From positions 61 through 64,060 of the forward strand of contig CAYFOJ010000013.1 in the NCBI GenBank assembly GCA_964344645.1: 64,000 nt of DNA, given 5' to 3'. Both the position numbers and the translations under genes were made by a program. Position 1 is the first letter of the stretch. Every line of letters begins with the position of its first letter. Origin of the DNA: an uncultured Thalassospiraceae bacterium. Its GTDB lineage: Bacteria; Pseudomonadota; Alphaproteobacteria; Rhodospirillales; JABHCV01. This document shows, one piece after another, positions 16,409 to 28,820 of the stretch. Below the pieces are notes generated by a model. The model did not search any database and was not told the DNA's origin. It worked only from the letters and a program-made list of their open reading frames with translations.

Positions 16409-17104
16409 TCAGGCCTGCCCGAGCGGCCCCCGGCGCGCGTTAAGGGCGTCGGCGAAGCGCTTGCAGGCTGACCAAGGCGACGGCGCCCGGGCCAGTTGTT
16501 CCGTCAGCCGGATGCGGGCCTCGATCAGGCGCAGGACATCGGCGATCCGGCGGTCGATGAAGGCCCAGGTCTCGGGGAAGTCCCCCTCTTCGTCCCCCTC
16601 GTCGGCAAGCCAGTAGAGGGCGCTAGAGGCCAGCACCGGGGCCAGCATGGCGCGTTTGGAATAGTACGAGAAATCCGTGCTCCTATCGCCGATGGCATGC
16701 CAGATTTCATCCACCGTCGCCGCCGCGCACGAGATCGACAAGGCCGCGTGCCGTGGCAAGGCCAGATAGCCGATGGCGCTTCGCACCGCCTCGCGGTAGG
16801 GGGCCAGAACCTGGAAGCGGCAACGCAGGGCGGCGGCGATGCGCTCGCGTACCTTCATGGACGGCAAGTCCAGCTTCGCCGTTTCCGCCGTCATCCGCCG
16901 GTCGGCCCAATCGGAAAAATGCCCCACCATATCGGCCATGCCGCCGGAAAAGGCGCGCCGGGCGGCCTCGTCGTCAATGCCCTCGACGCCTCCCAAATCG
17001 GCGACGCCGGCCATCATGGCGGCCTCGGACCAGCCCTCGAAGACCACGTGAGGCAGGGTGGCCAGCAAAATCAGGTCTCTCAGTTCCTGGTTGTCCCGGG
17101 TCAT
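16409..17104 (-). CDS. COQ9 family ubiquinone biosynthesis protein (rpsU-divergent protein)
   Basis: LPHV.FEGWS, KVRERI...L..R and DEIWHAIGDRSTDFSYYSKRA.L motifs. Confidence 0.87.
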   Translation of the reverse strand: MTRDNQELRDLILLATLPHVVFEGWSEAAMMAGVADLGGVEGIDDEAARRAFSGGMADMVGHFSDWADRRMTAETAKLDLPSMKVRERIAAALRCRFQVLAPYREAVRSAIGYLALPRHAALSISCAAATVDEIWHAIGDRSTDFSYYSKRAMLAPVLASSALYWLADEGDEEGDFPETWAFIDRRIADVLRLIEARIRLTEQLARAPSPWSACKRFADALNARRGPLGQA

Positions 17105-17682
17105 GTCTCGTTTTCTCCCTGCTCTTCGGCCATGGCCAGCGATTTGCTCATTTCCTCATTATAGCCGAAGGTCTTCATGTCGGAAATCCGTTGCGGATAC
17201 AGGATGCCGTCCAGGTGGTCGCATTCGTGCTGGACGACGCGGGCGTGAAAGCCCCTGGCCTCGCGCTCGACGGGGCGGCCGTCGAGACCGAGGCCCCGAT
17301 AACGGATATGGGCGTGCCGGTAGACCTCCCCCATCATGCCGGGGAGGGATAGGCATCCCTCGTAGGCGGCCCGGGTTTCGTTGCCGACGACCTCGATTTC
17401 CGGGTTGATCAGCACCGTCAGGGGAACGTCCTCCGTCTCCTCGTCGAGCCCGGCCGCGCGATAGCGCTCATCGGCCTGGCGGGCCTTGGGAACCTTGAAG
17501 ATGACCAGCCTGACCGGCACATGCACCTGTGGCGCCGCCAGACCGACCCCGCCGGAGTCGGCCAGGGTATCCATCATATCCTCGACCAGATACCCGACTT
17601 CGGGTCCGGTCGGATCCTCGATGGGGGCGGATTTCATGCGCAGGACCGGGTGTCCCATGCGGGCTATCTTCAAAATCGCCAT
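17101..17682 (-). CDS. def: peptide deformylase
   Basis: [13 protein letters not shown] and QHECDHL motifs. Confidence 0.95.
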   Translation of the reverse strand: MAILKIARMGHPVLRMKSAPIEDPTGPEVGYLVEDMMDTLADSGGVGLAAPQVHVPVRLVIFKVPKARQADERYRAAGLDEETEDVPLTVLINPEIEVVGNETRAAYEGCLSLPGMMGEVYRHAHIRYRGLGLDGRPVEREARGFHARVVQHECDHLDGILYPQRISDMKTFGYNEEMSKSLAMAEEQGENET

Positions 17683-17839
17683 TTTTCCAACATTTCCACG
17701 GTTTTTTGTGCTAAAAAAGTTGCCGCCGCCGCGCATGCGGGCCTTTCCAAGCGCGGAAGGATATGTTAGAAGGCCCACCTTCGGAACGGAAGCCTTTTCG
17801 CCGTTCACCCGAAATCAATTGAAAGAGAGTGGAAATACC

Positions 17840-18043
17840 GTGCAAGTCACTGTCCGCGACAACAACGTCGATCAGGCCCTGAAAGTCCTGAAAAAGAAAC
17901 TTCAGCGTGAAGGCGTCTTCCGTGAAATGAAGCTGCGCCGCTCCTTCGAAAAGCCGTCCGAGCGCAAGGCCCGCGAAAAGGCGGAAGCCATTCGCCGCGG
18001 CCGCAAGCTGGAACGCAAGCGCCTGGAGCGTGAAGGCTTCTAA
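17840..18043 (+). CDS. rpsU: 30S ribosomal protein S21
   Basis: GTG start; [31 protein letters not shown]...EKPSE. Confidence 0.97.
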   Translation: MQVTVRDNNVDQALKVLKKKLQREGVFREMKLRRSFEKPSERKAREKAEAIRRGRKLERKRLEREGF

Positions 18044-18076
18044 AGCCTCCCTCCGACAAATTTACCGCGAGACGAC

Positions 18077-18107
18077 GCGCACCCAGAGAGACCTCGGGTG
18101 CGCTTTT
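18077..18107 (+). terminator. rpsU terminator
   Basis: GCGCACCC...GGGTGCGC stem followed by TTTT. Confidence 0.65.
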
Positions 18108-18120
18108 GCGTGCCCGGAGC

Positions 18121-18155
18121 AAAAAGAAAGGCGGAACCGCGAGGTTCCGCCTTTC
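18121..18155 (-). terminator. pntB terminator
   Basis: GAAAGGCGGAACC-gcga-GGTTCCGCCTTTC perfect 13-bp stem with an A run on the left. Confidence 0.8.
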
Positions 18156-18177
18156 CTGTTGGTGTTGCCCGCAGGCC

Positions 18178-19575
<1,398 letters not shown>

Positions 19576-19587
19576 AGTCCGGGCCCC

Positions 19588-20001
19588 TTATTTCTTTTTC
19601 TTCTTGAACATCGCCAACATCCGATTGGTGACGATAAAGCCGCCAAAAATGTTGACCGACGCCAGGGTCACGGCGCAGAAGCCCATGACCTTGGAGAAAT
19701 CCATGTCCATCGGCCCCGCCGCCAGCAGGCCGCCGACGATGATCACCGACGAAATGGCGTTGGTCACCGCCATCAGCGGCGAATGAAGGGCCGGCGTGAC
19801 GCTCCAGACGACGTAAAAGCCGACGAAGCAGGCCAGGACGAAAATGGTGAACAGCGACAGGAACCCGTCGCCGCCAGCGGCCACCGCCGGTGCTGCGGCC
19901 AGTTCCGTCGCCTCGGCGGCGATTTTCAGGGCGTCCTCGGCCAGTTTCCCGGCGTCGGCTGCCAGCCGCGTCGAATGATCAGCAATTGTTGCCGCATCCA
20001 T
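19588..20001 (-). CDS. pntAb: NAD(P)+ transhydrogenase alpha subunit, membrane part
   Basis: [18 protein letters not shown] and NIFGGF.VTNRML.MF motifs. Confidence 0.95.
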   Translation of the reverse strand: MDAATIADHSTRLAADAGKLAEDALKIAAEATELAAAPAVAAGGDGFLSLFTIFVLACFVGFYVVWSVTPALHSPLMAVTNAISSVIIVGGLLAAGPMDMDFSKVMGFCAVTLASVNIFGGFIVTNRMLAMFKKKKK

Positions 20002-20003
20002 GA

Positions 20004-21221
<1,218 letters not shown>

Positions 21222-21385
21222 ATCGAGAAGATCCTTAATTTCCGAATGGACTTTCGGCAGGAAAGTTCAGCTTGGGTTATGCCCTATTTCACCGCCGTTT
21301 CACAAGGGTTGGATCACGAAATGCCCACATTTCTTCACCACCGGCCTTGCATTCCCAAGCCGTTTGACGCAAAGCAGGAACCGTG

Positions 21386-22303
21386 ATGGAAAACAGACCC
21401 GATCAAACTGACGGAACACCCGCCGGCGATAGCGGTGGCCATCGCCTCGGCCGCGTCCTGGCCCTGGGTTCGGCGACCTTTCTGGGCGTCAACACCAGCC
21501 TGGCCCGAATCGCCTATGACGGCGGCGCTAATCCGGCCACCTTCGCTTTCCTGCGTTTCGCCGCCACCGTCCTCGTCGTCGCCCTGGTCCTGGTTTTCCT
21601 CCGCCGCGCCTTCCGGATTCCCGGGGCCGCCCTGCCGCCCCTGATCGGCCTCGCCTCCGCCCTGGTCTTTCAGGGGGTGAGCTATCTGTCCTCGGTCGCC
21701 TACATCCCCGTCGGGCTGGCGGTGATGCTTTTTTATACCTTTCCGTTGATGGTAGTCCTGGCCAACTGGCTGATCGACGGCCAAACCGTCGGCCGGGGGC
21801 GGTTGCTGGCCCTGCTCGCGGCCTTCGCCGGCATCGCGCTCGCCGTCGGGCCCTCCTTCGCCGTCCTCGACTGGCGGGGCATCCTCCTGGCCCTGATGGG
21901 CGCGTTGGGCCTGGCGGCCCAGTTCATCTTTTCCGCCCGGGCCATGAAATACACCCAGTCCCTCAACGTCACCCTTTATTCCAGTCTCTTCGCCCTACCC
22001 ATGATGATCCTGCCCCTGTTCTTGCTGGGCGGCTTTCAGATGCCGGACACGGCCCTTTCCATGACCACCCTGGCCGCCGCCTGCTTCTTCTACGCCCTCG
22101 CCCTGATGATGCAATACGCGGCGATCTTCTCCATCGGCAAGACGCAGACGGCCCTGCTGAACAATCTGGAGCCCCTGATTTCCATCGCCGCCGGCGCGAT
22201 ATTGCTTGGCGAAGTGCTGTCGGGCCTTCAATATCTCGGTGGATTGATCGTCGTCACCGCCCTGGTCCTCTCGGACCGGCCGATGAAATGGAAGAGGAAA
22301 TGA
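21386..22303 (+). CDS. DMT/EamA family transporter
   Basis: About 10 TM segments; two-repeat EamA pattern (YTFP, LEPL....G..LLGE.L). Confidence 0.88.
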   Translation: MENRPDQTDGTPAGDSGGHRLGRVLALGSATFLGVNTSLARIAYDGGANPATFAFLRFAATVLVVALVLVFLRRAFRIPGAALPPLIGLASALVFQGVSYLSSVAYIPVGLAVMLFYTFPLMVVLANWLIDGQTVGRGRLLALLAAFAGIALAVGPSFAVLDWRGILLALMGALGLAAQFIFSARAMKYTQSLNVTLYSSLFALPMMILPLFLLGGFQMPDTALSMTTLAAACFFYALALMMQYAAIFSIGKTQTALLNNLEPLISIAAGAILLGEVLSGLQYLGGLIVVTALVLSDRPMKWKRK

Positions 22304-22304
22304 C

Positions 22305-23468
22305 ATGACCGCCAACCCACCGCCCCGGGGCTTCGACACCGACGAATTCGAACGGCGCACGGAACGGGCCCAGCGGGCCATGGCCGAACTGGGGATGGAC
22401 GCCCTGTTCCTGTGCACGGAGCCGGAGGTCCGCTACTTCAGCGGTTTCCTGACCCAGTTCTGGAAGAGCCCGACCCGGCCCTGGTTCCTCATCGTCCCCG
22501 CCACGGGCAAGCCCATCGCCGTGATTCCGGAAATCGGCTTCAGCGGCATGGCGGCGACCTGGATCGAGGACATTCGCACCTGGCCCGCTCCCCGACCCGA
22601 GGACGAAGGCGTCAGCCTGCTGAGCGGCGTCTTCGGGGAACTGCCCGCCCGGCACGGCAAGATCGGCGCCCTGCTCGGCCACGAGAGCCTTTTACGCATG
22701 CCGCTTGAGGATTTCACCACCCTGCAGGAACGCTTTGCGTTCACCGACGCCAGCGCCATGATGCGGGGTCTTCGTTTCGTCAAATCGGAGCGGGAAATCG
22801 CCAAGATTCGCCACGCCTGCACCATCGCCTCGGACAGCTTCGAGGCCCTGCCCGACCTGCTCAAGGTTGGCGACACGGAACGGGAAAACTGCCGCCGCAT
22901 GCGCATCGACCTGATTGGCCGGGGGGCGGATTCCGTTCCCTACCTGATCGCCGGTTCCGGCCCCGGCGGCTACGACAGCATCATCATGGGGCCGACGGAG
23001 CGGGTCCTCGAAGCGGGCGACGTGATGATCATCGACACCGGCACCACCTACGACGGCTACTTCTGCGATTTCGACCGCAATTACGCCTTCGGTCATGGGG
23101 ACGACGCCGCCCGCAAGGCCTATGAAACCGTTTATCGCGCCACCGGCGCCGGATTCCGGGCGGCGCGGCCGGGCGCCGCCATGAGCGACATATGGCAAGC
23201 CATTGCGACGGTTCTGGAAGACGGCGGCTCCCAGGGCAACGACGTGGGGCGGATGGGGCACGGCCTGGGCATGCAGTTAACCGAGGGCCCCTCGGTCACC
23301 CCCGACGACCACACGGTCCTGGAACCCGGCGTGGTCCTGACCCTGGAACCGGGCATGACCACCGCCGGGGGGAAACAGATGGTTCACGAAGAAAACATCG
23401 TCGTCACCGGAGACGGGGCAGCCTACTTGAGCCGCCGCGCCCCGGCGGAACTGCCGGTCGTCGGGTAG
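22305..23468 (+). CDS. M24 (Xaa-Pro peptidase/pita-bread) family metallohydrolase
   Basis: N-terminal creatinase-like domain; metal ligands present in IDTG...GYFCD, GHGLG, TLEPG and HEENI. Confidence 0.88.
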   Translation: MTANPPPRGFDTDEFERRTERAQRAMAELGMDALFLCTEPEVRYFSGFLTQFWKSPTRPWFLIVPATGKPIAVIPEIGFSGMAATWIEDIRTWPAPRPEDEGVSLLSGVFGELPARHGKIGALLGHESLLRMPLEDFTTLQERFAFTDASAMMRGLRFVKSEREIAKIRHACTIASDSFEALPDLLKVGDTERENCRRMRIDLIGRGADSVPYLIAGSGPGGYDSIIMGPTERVLEAGDVMIIDTGTTYDGYFCDFDRNYAFGHGDDAARKAYETVYRATGAGFRAARPGAAMSDIWQAIATVLEDGGSQGNDVGRMGHGLGMQLTEGPSVTPDDHTVLEPGVVLTLEPGMTTAGGKQMVHEENIVVTGDGAAYLSRRAPAELPVVG

Positions 23469-23474
23469 AGCAGC

Positions 23475-23801
23475 TTACAGGCGGTTGTACTTCGCCAGAA
23501 AGGACCGATGATCGGCCAGATAGCCCCTGTATTTCCGCAACAGATAGAGATGGCGCAGCAGAAAAAGCAGGGCCACGGGGATGGGGATCAGCACCAGGCC
23601 GTCCAGGGGCCTGAGAACGGGATCGGTCAATTCCCGCCCGGAAAACATCAGCGCCGCGCCGCCGAGGCAGACCGCCAGAACGGCCAGCATGGCGGCGACG
23701 AAGGCCCGGCTTTGCCGCAAGCGCGCGGCAAGCCATTGCTCCTGGTCCGCCGACAGGACCAGCCGCAGGGTGTCGTCCCTGATGTCACCATTGTCCGTCA
23801 T
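23475..23801 (-). CDS. hypothetical two-TM membrane protein
   Basis: Fills the gap between the M24 gene and creatinase; two hydrophobic helices; start uncertain (23801 or 23825). Confidence 0.55.
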   Translation of the reverse strand: MTDNGDIRDDTLRLVLSADQEQWLAARLRQSRAFVAAMLAVLAVCLGGAALMFSGRELTDPVLRPLDGLVLIPIPVALLFLLRHLYLLRKYRGYLADHRSFLAKYNRL

Positions 23802-23840
23802 CGGACCCCAGTGTAGGAGCGACACCCCCGGGCGGGCAAG

Positions 23841-25037
23841 CTAAACGATGTTGTGTTCCGGACCGAAGGGGAAGCCGGTGATGTTTTCCGCCCCCTCTTC
23901 GCCGACCACCAGGATGTCGTGTTCCCGGTAGCCGCCGGCCCCGGCCATGCCTTCGGGCAGCATGATCATGGGCTCCATGGACACCACCATGTTGGGCTTG
24001 AGGACGGTTTCGATATCCTCGCGCAGTTCCAGCCCCGCCTCGCGTCCGTAATAGTGGCTCAGCACGCCGAAGGAATGGCCGTAGCCGAAGGTGCGGTACT
24101 GCAGCAGGTCGTGTTCCTTGTAGATTTCGTTCAGTTCGGCGGCGATGTCGCAACAGCGCGCCCCGGGCTTGATCAGTTCCAGGCCACGGCGGTGAACCTT
24201 GACGTTGACCTCCCATAGCTCCAGGTGCCGGTCCGAGGCATGGCCGCAGAACAGGGTCCGCTCGAGCGCCGTGTAATACCCGGCGATCATCGGGAAGCAG
24301 TTGAGGCTGAGGATATCGCCGTTTTCGATTTTCCGCGTCGTCACCGGGTTATGGGCCCCGTCCGTGTTGACGCCGGACTGGAACCAGGTCCAGGTATCCA
24401 TCAGCTCCCCATGGGGATAGGTGGCGGCGATTTCCCGGACCATGGCCTGGGTCGAATGCAGGGCCACCTCGTATTCCGGAACCCCCTCGGCGATGGCCTC
24501 CCGGCACGCCGCGCCACCGATGTCGGCGATGCGCGCGCCATTCTTGATGACGGCGATTTCCTCCGCCGACTTCACCATCCGCAAGGCCATCACGTCCTTG
24601 GAGATGTCAACGATATCGGTATCGGGATAGGCCGCCTTCAGCTTGCCCAGGTTCTCCACGTTGATATGATCATATTCCACGCCGAGGACCTTCGGCGCGG
24701 CCAATTCCCCCTGAATGGCGCGGAAGTAGTTGTCCCGCTGCCAGTCCGTATATATGACGTTTTCGCCGAAGGTACGCCGCCAGGGCTGGGCGCCGTCGAT
24801 GTTGGCGCTGATGGTCACCGCCCGCTCGGGGGTGACGACAAGGCCGTAGGGACGGCCAAAGGAGCAGTAGAGAAAGTCGGAATAGTAATTGATGTTGTGA
24901 TAGGACGTCATCAGCACCGCATCGACGCCTTTTTCCGCCATCAGGGCACGCAGCTTGGTCTGCCGCGCCGTCATTTCCGCCGCCGAGAAGGTCGGGGTCG
25001 GTTTCTCGCCGTTTTCGATTCGAATGATATTTTCCAT
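23841..25037 (-). CDS. creatinase (creatine amidinohydrolase)
   Basis: TSYHNINYYSDFLYCSFGRPY, DTWTWFQSG.NTDGAHNPVT and GHSFG.LSHYYGREAGLELRED, as in Pseudomonas creatinase. Confidence 0.93.
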   Translation of the reverse strand: MENIIRIENGEKPTPTFSAAEMTARQTKLRALMAEKGVDAVLMTSYHNINYYSDFLYCSFGRPYGLVVTPERAVTISANIDGAQPWRRTFGENVIYTDWQRDNYFRAIQGELAAPKVLGVEYDHINVENLGKLKAAYPDTDIVDISKDVMALRMVKSAEEIAVIKNGARIADIGGAACREAIAEGVPEYEVALHSTQAMVREIAATYPHGELMDTWTWFQSGVNTDGAHNPVTTRKIENGDILSLNCFPMIAGYYTALERTLFCGHASDRHLELWEVNVKVHRRGLELIKPGARCCDIAAELNEIYKEHDLLQYRTFGYGHSFGVLSHYYGREAGLELREDIETVLKPNMVVSMEPMIMLPEGMAGAGGYREHDILVVGEEGAENITGFPFGPEHNIV

Positions 25038-25150
25038 TGTCCTTTTCCCTCAGGTCATATTCGATTTAATGTGCTGAGCGACGCTATCACCGTCCATTCT
25101 TTTTGCATGCGACAGTACGCGACACGAAATGACGTTTGAAGGACAGCCAG

Positions 25151-26455
25151 ATGCCCCAATCGCCCGCTTTTCCCCCTCTCGACAACGGCGAGACCGTTTT
25201 CACGGTTCCCGCCTCGACCATCAAGTTCGGCCCCGGCGCCCTCGCCGAACTGGGAGACGACGCCAGACGCATGGGCATGACCCGGGCCGCCCTGTTCACC
25301 GACGAACATGTCGCCCGGACGGAGGCCCTGAAAAGCGCCCTCGACGCCCTGGTCGCCGCCGGGGTGGACGTGGCCGTCTATGACGCGGTCAAGGTGGAAC
25401 CCACCGACGACAGCTTTCGCCAGGCCGCCGACTTCGCCGCCGAGGGCGGCTTCGACGGCTATATTTCGCTCGGCGGGGGATCGGTCATCGACACGGCGAA
25501 AATCGCCAACCTGCTGGCCACCTATCCCGATGAAATCCTCTCCTACGTCAACGCCCCCATCGGCGAGGCGAAACCGGTGCCCGGCCCCATCAAGCCCCAT
25601 ATCGCCTGCCCAACCACCTGCGGCACGGGCAGCGAGACCACGGGCGTCGCCGTGTTCGACCTGGTCAGCCGACAGGTCAAGACGGGCATTTCCTCGGTTC
25701 ACCTGAGGCCCGGCCTGGCCCTCGTCGATCCGACCACCACCGAAAGCCTGCCCGCAGGCGTCGTCGCCGCCACCGGCTTCGACGTGCTGACCCACGCCAT
25801 CGAATCCTTCACCGCCCGTTCCTATACCACCCGCGACAAGCCCGCGCCGGGGGCCCGGCCGCCTTATCAGGGGGCCAACCCGTTTTCCGACATCGGCTCG
25901 GAAGCCGCCATCCGCATCGGCGGCGCCGACCTGGTCGACGCGGTCACCGATCCCGGCAACCGGCAGGCCCGCCACCGGTTGATGTTCGCCGCAACGCTCG
26001 CCGGGCAGGCCTTCGGCAACGCCGGGGTGCATATTCCCCACGCCATGTCCTATTCCGTCGCCGGCCTCAATCACGACTTTGTCGCCTCGGGTTATGAAAA
26101 CGACAACCCCATGGTGCCGCACGGCCTGTCCGTGGTCATCAACGCGCCGGCGGCCTTTCGCTTCACCGGCCCGGCGGCGCCGGAGCGTCACCTTCGCGCC
26201 GCCGAGGCCCTGGGCGCCGATGTCTCGAACGTCCCTTTGGAGCGGGCCGGGGATATTTTGGCCGAGCGTTTGGTCGAGATGATGCGGGCGACCGGCCTGC
26301 CCGGCGGCCTGGCGGAACTCGGCTACGGCGAAAAGGACATCCCCGCCCTGGTCGAAGGATCCTATGCCCAACAGCGGCTGCTCGCCCAGGCCCCCTGCCC
26401 GGTCAGCGAAAACGACCTTGCGGGCATCTACCGGCAGGCCATGAAATACTGGTAG
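25151..26455 (+). CDS. hydroxyacid-oxoacid transhydrogenase (HOT/ADHFE1-like, Fe-ADH family)
   Basis: GGGSVIDTAK.ANL, NAPIG...PVPGP.KP.IA.PTT.GTGSETTG, FDVL.HA.ES, RP.YQG.NP and GNAGVH.PH motifs. Confidence 0.88.
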   Translation: MPQSPAFPPLDNGETVFTVPASTIKFGPGALAELGDDARRMGMTRAALFTDEHVARTEALKSALDALVAAGVDVAVYDAVKVEPTDDSFRQAADFAAEGGFDGYISLGGGSVIDTAKIANLLATYPDEILSYVNAPIGEAKPVPGPIKPHIACPTTCGTGSETTGVAVFDLVSRQVKTGISSVHLRPGLALVDPTTTESLPAGVVAATGFDVLTHAIESFTARSYTTRDKPAPGARPPYQGANPFSDIGSEAAIRIGGADLVDAVTDPGNRQARHRLMFAATLAGQAFGNAGVHIPHAMSYSVAGLNHDFVASGYENDNPMVPHGLSVVINAPAAFRFTGPAAPERHLRAAEALGADVSNVPLERAGDILAERLVEMMRATGLPGGLAELGYGEKDIPALVEGSYAQQRLLAQAPCPVSENDLAGIYRQAMKYW

Positions 26456-26519
26456 GGGCTTTCGAAAGACAGGGGAAGTGTGATTAACTGCAGCCGCCGC
26501 GAATAGGGAACGGATTTGG

Positions 26520-28412
26520 ATGTTTTCCACGGATGTCATTCTGGAAAGTTTCAGGGCTTTGGTCCTGCTGTTCCTGGTCGTCTACCTTTGGAAACTGGGC
26601 CAGAGAAAACACTTCATCGTCACCAGCGGCTGGCGTTTCATTCAGACCGGCTTCCTGCTGATCCTGTTCGGATCCTTTCTCGACATCACCGACAATTTCG
26701 AGAACCTGAACCGCTTCGTCGTCATCGGCGACACGGAGACGGAGGCGTTTCTGGAAAAGGTGGTCGGCTATCTGGCCGGCTTCACTCTGCTTACCATCGG
26801 CCTGGTTCGATGGGGGCCGTCCGTGGAAAAACTGATGGCGGAAAAGGCCCGGCGCGAGGCCTCGGAACAGGAATACACCCGGGATACCCGCCTCAAACAG
26901 TATTTTCTCGAGACCACCCAGGAAGGCTACTGGCATATTGGCCCGGACGGCGTCACCGTTGATGTCAATCCGGCCTTTTGCCAAATTCTCGATCGCAAGC
27001 GCGAACAGATCATCGGCGAGTCCTACCTGAATTTCGTCGATGTGGAGAACGCCGAAAAGCTGGAAACCATCCTCGCCGACAAAACCCGGGGCAAGGGCGG
27101 TTCACACGAAATCCAATTGCTGCGCCCCGACGGCTCCGCCGTTCCGTGCCTGAACAACGCCACCCCGGTCACCGATATCGACGGCACGCAGGCGGGCACC
27201 ATCGGCATGTGGACGGACCTGACGGAACAGAAACGAATGGAGGAAACCCTGCGCCGGTCCCAAGCGCTGGAGGCGGCGGGACAGTTGACCGGCGGCATCG
27301 CCCACGATTTCAACAACCTGCTCGGCGTGATCATGGGCAGCCTGCAAATCACCCGCGACCTGAACGCCGAAAACGCCCCGGCGGTCAAGTGGATCGACAA
27401 GGCCCTGAACGGGGCCCGGCGGGGGGCGGAGCTGACCCAGAGCCTGCTCAGATTCTCCCGTCAGGATGAACTGGGCTCGAAGGTGCTTTCCATCAACGAC
27501 CTGATCGAGGAAATGAAGGACCTGCTGCAGAAGTCCCTGACCCGGAAGATCGAAATGCACATCGACCTGGAACCGGACCTGTGGCTGACCAACATTTCCG
27601 CCGGCGACTTCACCGACACCCTGACCAACCTGACCCTCAACGCCCACGACGCCATGCCGCGCGGCGGCCGCCTGCACATCGCCACCCGCAACGTCGAACT
27701 GGGCGATGACCACGCATTCATGAATTCGGAAGCCAGGCCCGGCTACTTCGTCTGCCTTGAAATCCACGATACCGGGACCGGCATCGAGCCCGAACACCTG
27801 AAGAAGCTGTTCGATCCCTTCTTCACCACCAAGGGCCCGGGCGGCGGGACCGGCCTCGGCCTGAGCATGGTCTACCGCTTCGTCAGACGGGCCGGCGGGG
27901 ATATCACGGTCGATTCCGATTCCGGGGGGACGACCTTTGAAATCTACCTGCCCCGGGCGAAACAACTGCGACCCGTCTCCCAGGCCAAGAAAGGGAACCC
28001 GCTGGCCAACCTGTCCGGGCAGGAAACCATCCTCATCGTCGACGACGAGGCCCACCTGACGGAAATCGCCGAACAGCACCTGAGCAAACTCGGCTACAAG
28101 ACCATCTGCACGAACAAGACCGCCGAAGCCCTTTACCTGATGATGAACGACGGCTCCATCGACCTGCTGTTTTCCGACGTGGTGATGCCGTTGGGCATGA
28201 ACGGCTTCGAACTGGCGAAGACGGGGATGGGCGCCAACCCGAAACTAAAGGCGCTGCTGACCTCCGGCTTCAGCAATCGGGAAACCCTCGAGGCCGAGGG
28301 GGTGGATTTCTCGGATCAGACGGTCAAGGAGCTTTCCGCCAGCCTGCTGCCGAAGCCCTACAGCCAGGAAGAGCTGGCCATACGGGTGCGGCAGGTCCTC
28401 GACGGCAAATAG
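26520..28412 (+). CDS. membrane-bound hybrid histidine kinase (3-TM N-terminal domain-PAS-HisKA-HATPase-REC)
   Basis: [14 protein letters not shown]-box; FFTTK..G.GTGLGL; C-terminal LLFSDVVMP receiver. Confidence 0.9.
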   Translation: MFSTDVILESFRALVLLFLVVYLWKLGQRKHFIVTSGWRFIQTGFLLILFGSFLDITDNFENLNRFVVIGDTETEAFLEKVVGYLAGFTLLTIGLVRWGPSVEKLMAEKARREASEQEYTRDTRLKQYFLETTQEGYWHIGPDGVTVDVNPAFCQILDRKREQIIGESYLNFVDVENAEKLETILADKTRGKGGSHEIQLLRPDGSAVPCLNNATPVTDIDGTQAGTIGMWTDLTEQKRMEETLRRSQALEAAGQLTGGIAHDFNNLLGVIMGSLQITRDLNAENAPAVKWIDKALNGARRGAELTQSLLRFSRQDELGSKVLSINDLIEEMKDLLQKSLTRKIEMHIDLEPDLWLTNISAGDFTDTLTNLTLNAHDAMPRGGRLHIATRNVELGDDHAFMNSEARPGYFVCLEIHDTGTGIEPEHLKKLFDPFFTTKGPGGGTGLGLSMVYRFVRRAGGDITVDSDSGGTTFEIYLPRAKQLRPVSQAKKGNPLANLSGQETILIVDDEAHLTEIAEQHLSKLGYKTICTNKTAEALYLMMNDGSIDLLFSDVVMPLGMNGFELAKTGMGANPKLKALLTSGFSNRETLEAEGVDFSDQTVKELSASLLPKPYSQEELAIRVRQVLDGK

Positions 28413-28417
28413 AGCGT

Positions 28418-28819
28418 TTAGCCCACCGCGTCCGTCTTCTTCAGGAACTGTTCCACCATATCGGTCAGGACATGAATATCGAAGGGTTTCGGCAGCACCC
28501 CGTCGGCTCCCATCTGGATCGCCGCCCGCAGGGCCCGTTCCGCCGGCATGTCGGCAAAGCCGCCTGAAATGGCGATGATGGGGGCATGGGGAACATGTTT
28601 GCGAATCCGCTGGATGCCTTCTATGCCGCCCATTCCGGTCATGAAGATGTCGATGATCACGAGGTCGTATTTCATTTTCTCGAAGTTATCGAGGGCATCC
28701 TCGACGTTGAAACAGACGGTGGCCTGATATTGCCGTCCGTTCAGCGCGTAGGCGACCACGTCGGTCAGGGCCGCATTGTCGTCAATGATCAGAACGTTGC
28801 CCTTCAACTGGATGGTCAT
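28418..28819 (-). CDS. single-domain response regulator (REC)
   Basis: LIIDDN, LVIIDIFM, IAISGG and LPKPF motifs. Confidence 0.87.
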   Translation of the reverse strand: MTIQLKGNVLIIDDNAALTDVVAYALNGRQYQATVCFNVEDALDNFEKMKYDLVIIDIFMTGMGGIEGIQRIRKHVPHAPIIAISGGFADMPAERALRAAIQMGADGVLPKPFDIHVLTDMVEQFLKKTDAVG

Positions 28820-28820
28820 G

